Assembly (NCBI GenBank): GCA_963700755.1
Contig: CAVOYW010000002.1
Span: forward strand, 46,968-110,967
Length of the DNA stretch: 64,000 bases
Source of the DNA: an uncultured Acidimicrobiales bacterium
GTDB taxonomy: Bacteria > Actinomycetota > Acidimicrobiia > Acidimicrobiales > SZUA-35
Reading direction: 5' to 3'
Part shown: positions 63,420-64,000 of the stretch, piece by piece
How the letters are laid out: the number at the start of each line of letters is the position of its first letter
Numbering within the stretch: position 1 is the stretch's first letter
Notes under the pieces: model-generated
Database searches by the model: none
Seen by the model: the letters and a program-made list of their open reading frames with translations, nothing else
What the model was told of the DNA's origin: nothing
Position numbers and translations under genes: made by a program

Positions 63420-64000
63420 TCACCGGGCGTCGGGCTGCGACAACCCCACGAACGCGTCGGCCATGACCTCGGCGAAACGATCCCAGACGGTGGCGATCCA
63501 GCGGGGGTCGTCGTCGGCGAACGCCGCCCGGACCTGGGCCCGGATGGTTGCGGCATCGGGCGAGCGGGGATCACCGTGGGCGTGGAGCCAGGCGTCGGCC
63601 CGCAGTGCCTGGAGCACGGTGATCGGGTCGACGGTGCCGAACTCGAGCGCAGCCGCCGTGACGTCGGCCTTCGGAGCGAGCGAACCCACGACCCCGAGCC
63701 AGTCTCCCTGCAGTTCGGCCGAGACGCTTTGTTCGGAGCCCATGGGGATCACCTCGCCCCACCAGGCCAACGCCCGGCGGTGCTCGGGACTGCCGGCGGC
63801 CTCGTGCCCGATCAGTTCACCGTGCCCGGACGGACCGAGCCCGGTGTGGAGATCGATCACGCCCACTCGCCGAGCGGCAGCGAGTGCGTCCGCCGACCAG
63901 GTCCGAAGCCAGCGATGCGACCAGATCGGCCCGCCACCCCCGTGGAACACCCCGGTCGGATCGTTGTACTGGCCTCGGCTGATGATGTCCTGTGCGTGTT
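63420..64000 (-). CDS. DUF2817/M14-carboxypeptidase-like family protein (C-terminal part; the 5' end lies outside the window)
   Basis: The frame is open to the window edge. It shows VIDLHTGLGPSGHGE and EFGT motifs. The family assignment is from memory only. Confidence 0.6.
   Translation of the reverse strand, partial: HAQDIISRGQYNDPTGVFHGGGGPIWSHRWLRTWSADALAAARRVGVIDLHTGLGPSGHGELIGHEAAGSPEHRRALAWWGEVIPMGSEQSVSAELQGDWLGVVGSLAPKADVTAAALEFGTVDPITVLQALRADAWLHAHGDPRSPDAATIRAQVRAAFADDDPRWIATVWDRFAEVMADAFVGLSQPDAR

Noticed and set aside
63375-63422. The TGA stop at 63420-63422 is in the same frame as the downstream alpha/beta-hydrolase gene
   Set aside because: An in-frame TAA occurs within the 45-nt spacer. 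The hydrolase has its own AGGAG-ATG start.

Overview
This is a gene-dense, high-GC actinobacterial-type chromosomal segment (about two-thirds G+C by eye, not computed). I support about 50 protein genes and one tRNA-Gly. I saw no rRNA, CRISPR array, transposase, integrase or phage genes. Most long ORFs in the track are antisense or out-of-frame artefacts of the GC bias. I accepted an ORF only where its translation shows recognisable family motifs.

Gene content, in order:
- A storage-lipid cluster: WS/DGAT, HAD-PlsC, TetR, FadD and PlsC.
- A sulfatase, PanE and TauE.
- A membrane-anchored Hsp70-like protein.
- xylA and xylB.
- A long catabolic stretch with D-aminoacylases, enoyl-CoA hydratases, SDRs, PhyH dioxygenases and amidohydrolases.
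- A Fur-family regulator and a ZnuABC-like metal importer.
- A cyclic-nucleotide, kinase and STAND signalling neighbourhood.
- Indolepyruvate:ferredoxin oxidoreductase, IlvE, Crp and an aminotransferase.

The most unusual signals are these:
1. Three genes each carry a single in-frame TGA exactly at the catalytic or redox Cys column of their family. The families are GrdB/PrdB-like, MerB-like and AhpD/CMD-like (a CxxU motif). Each TGA is followed by a stem-loop at SECIS distance. They are candidate selenoproteins. No Sec machinery is present in the window.
2. Two divergent operons look functionally linked. One encodes a cNMP-patatin-FtsX fusion and an ABC ATPase-cNMP protein. The other encodes a giant SARP-kinase-nSTAND-WD40 gene, a Tat-secreted protein, a polytopic membrane protein and an FHA-adenylate cyclase.
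3. There are many perfect tandem-repeat arrays with units of 8, 14, 15, 18 and 30 bp, in promoters and at the 5' ends of genes. There is also a two-copy element made of a C-rich tract followed by a hairpin.
4. There are at least six frameshifts. Three or more fall in one geranylgeranyl-reductase gene. The xylA and kinase-domain ones sit in short homopolymer runs.
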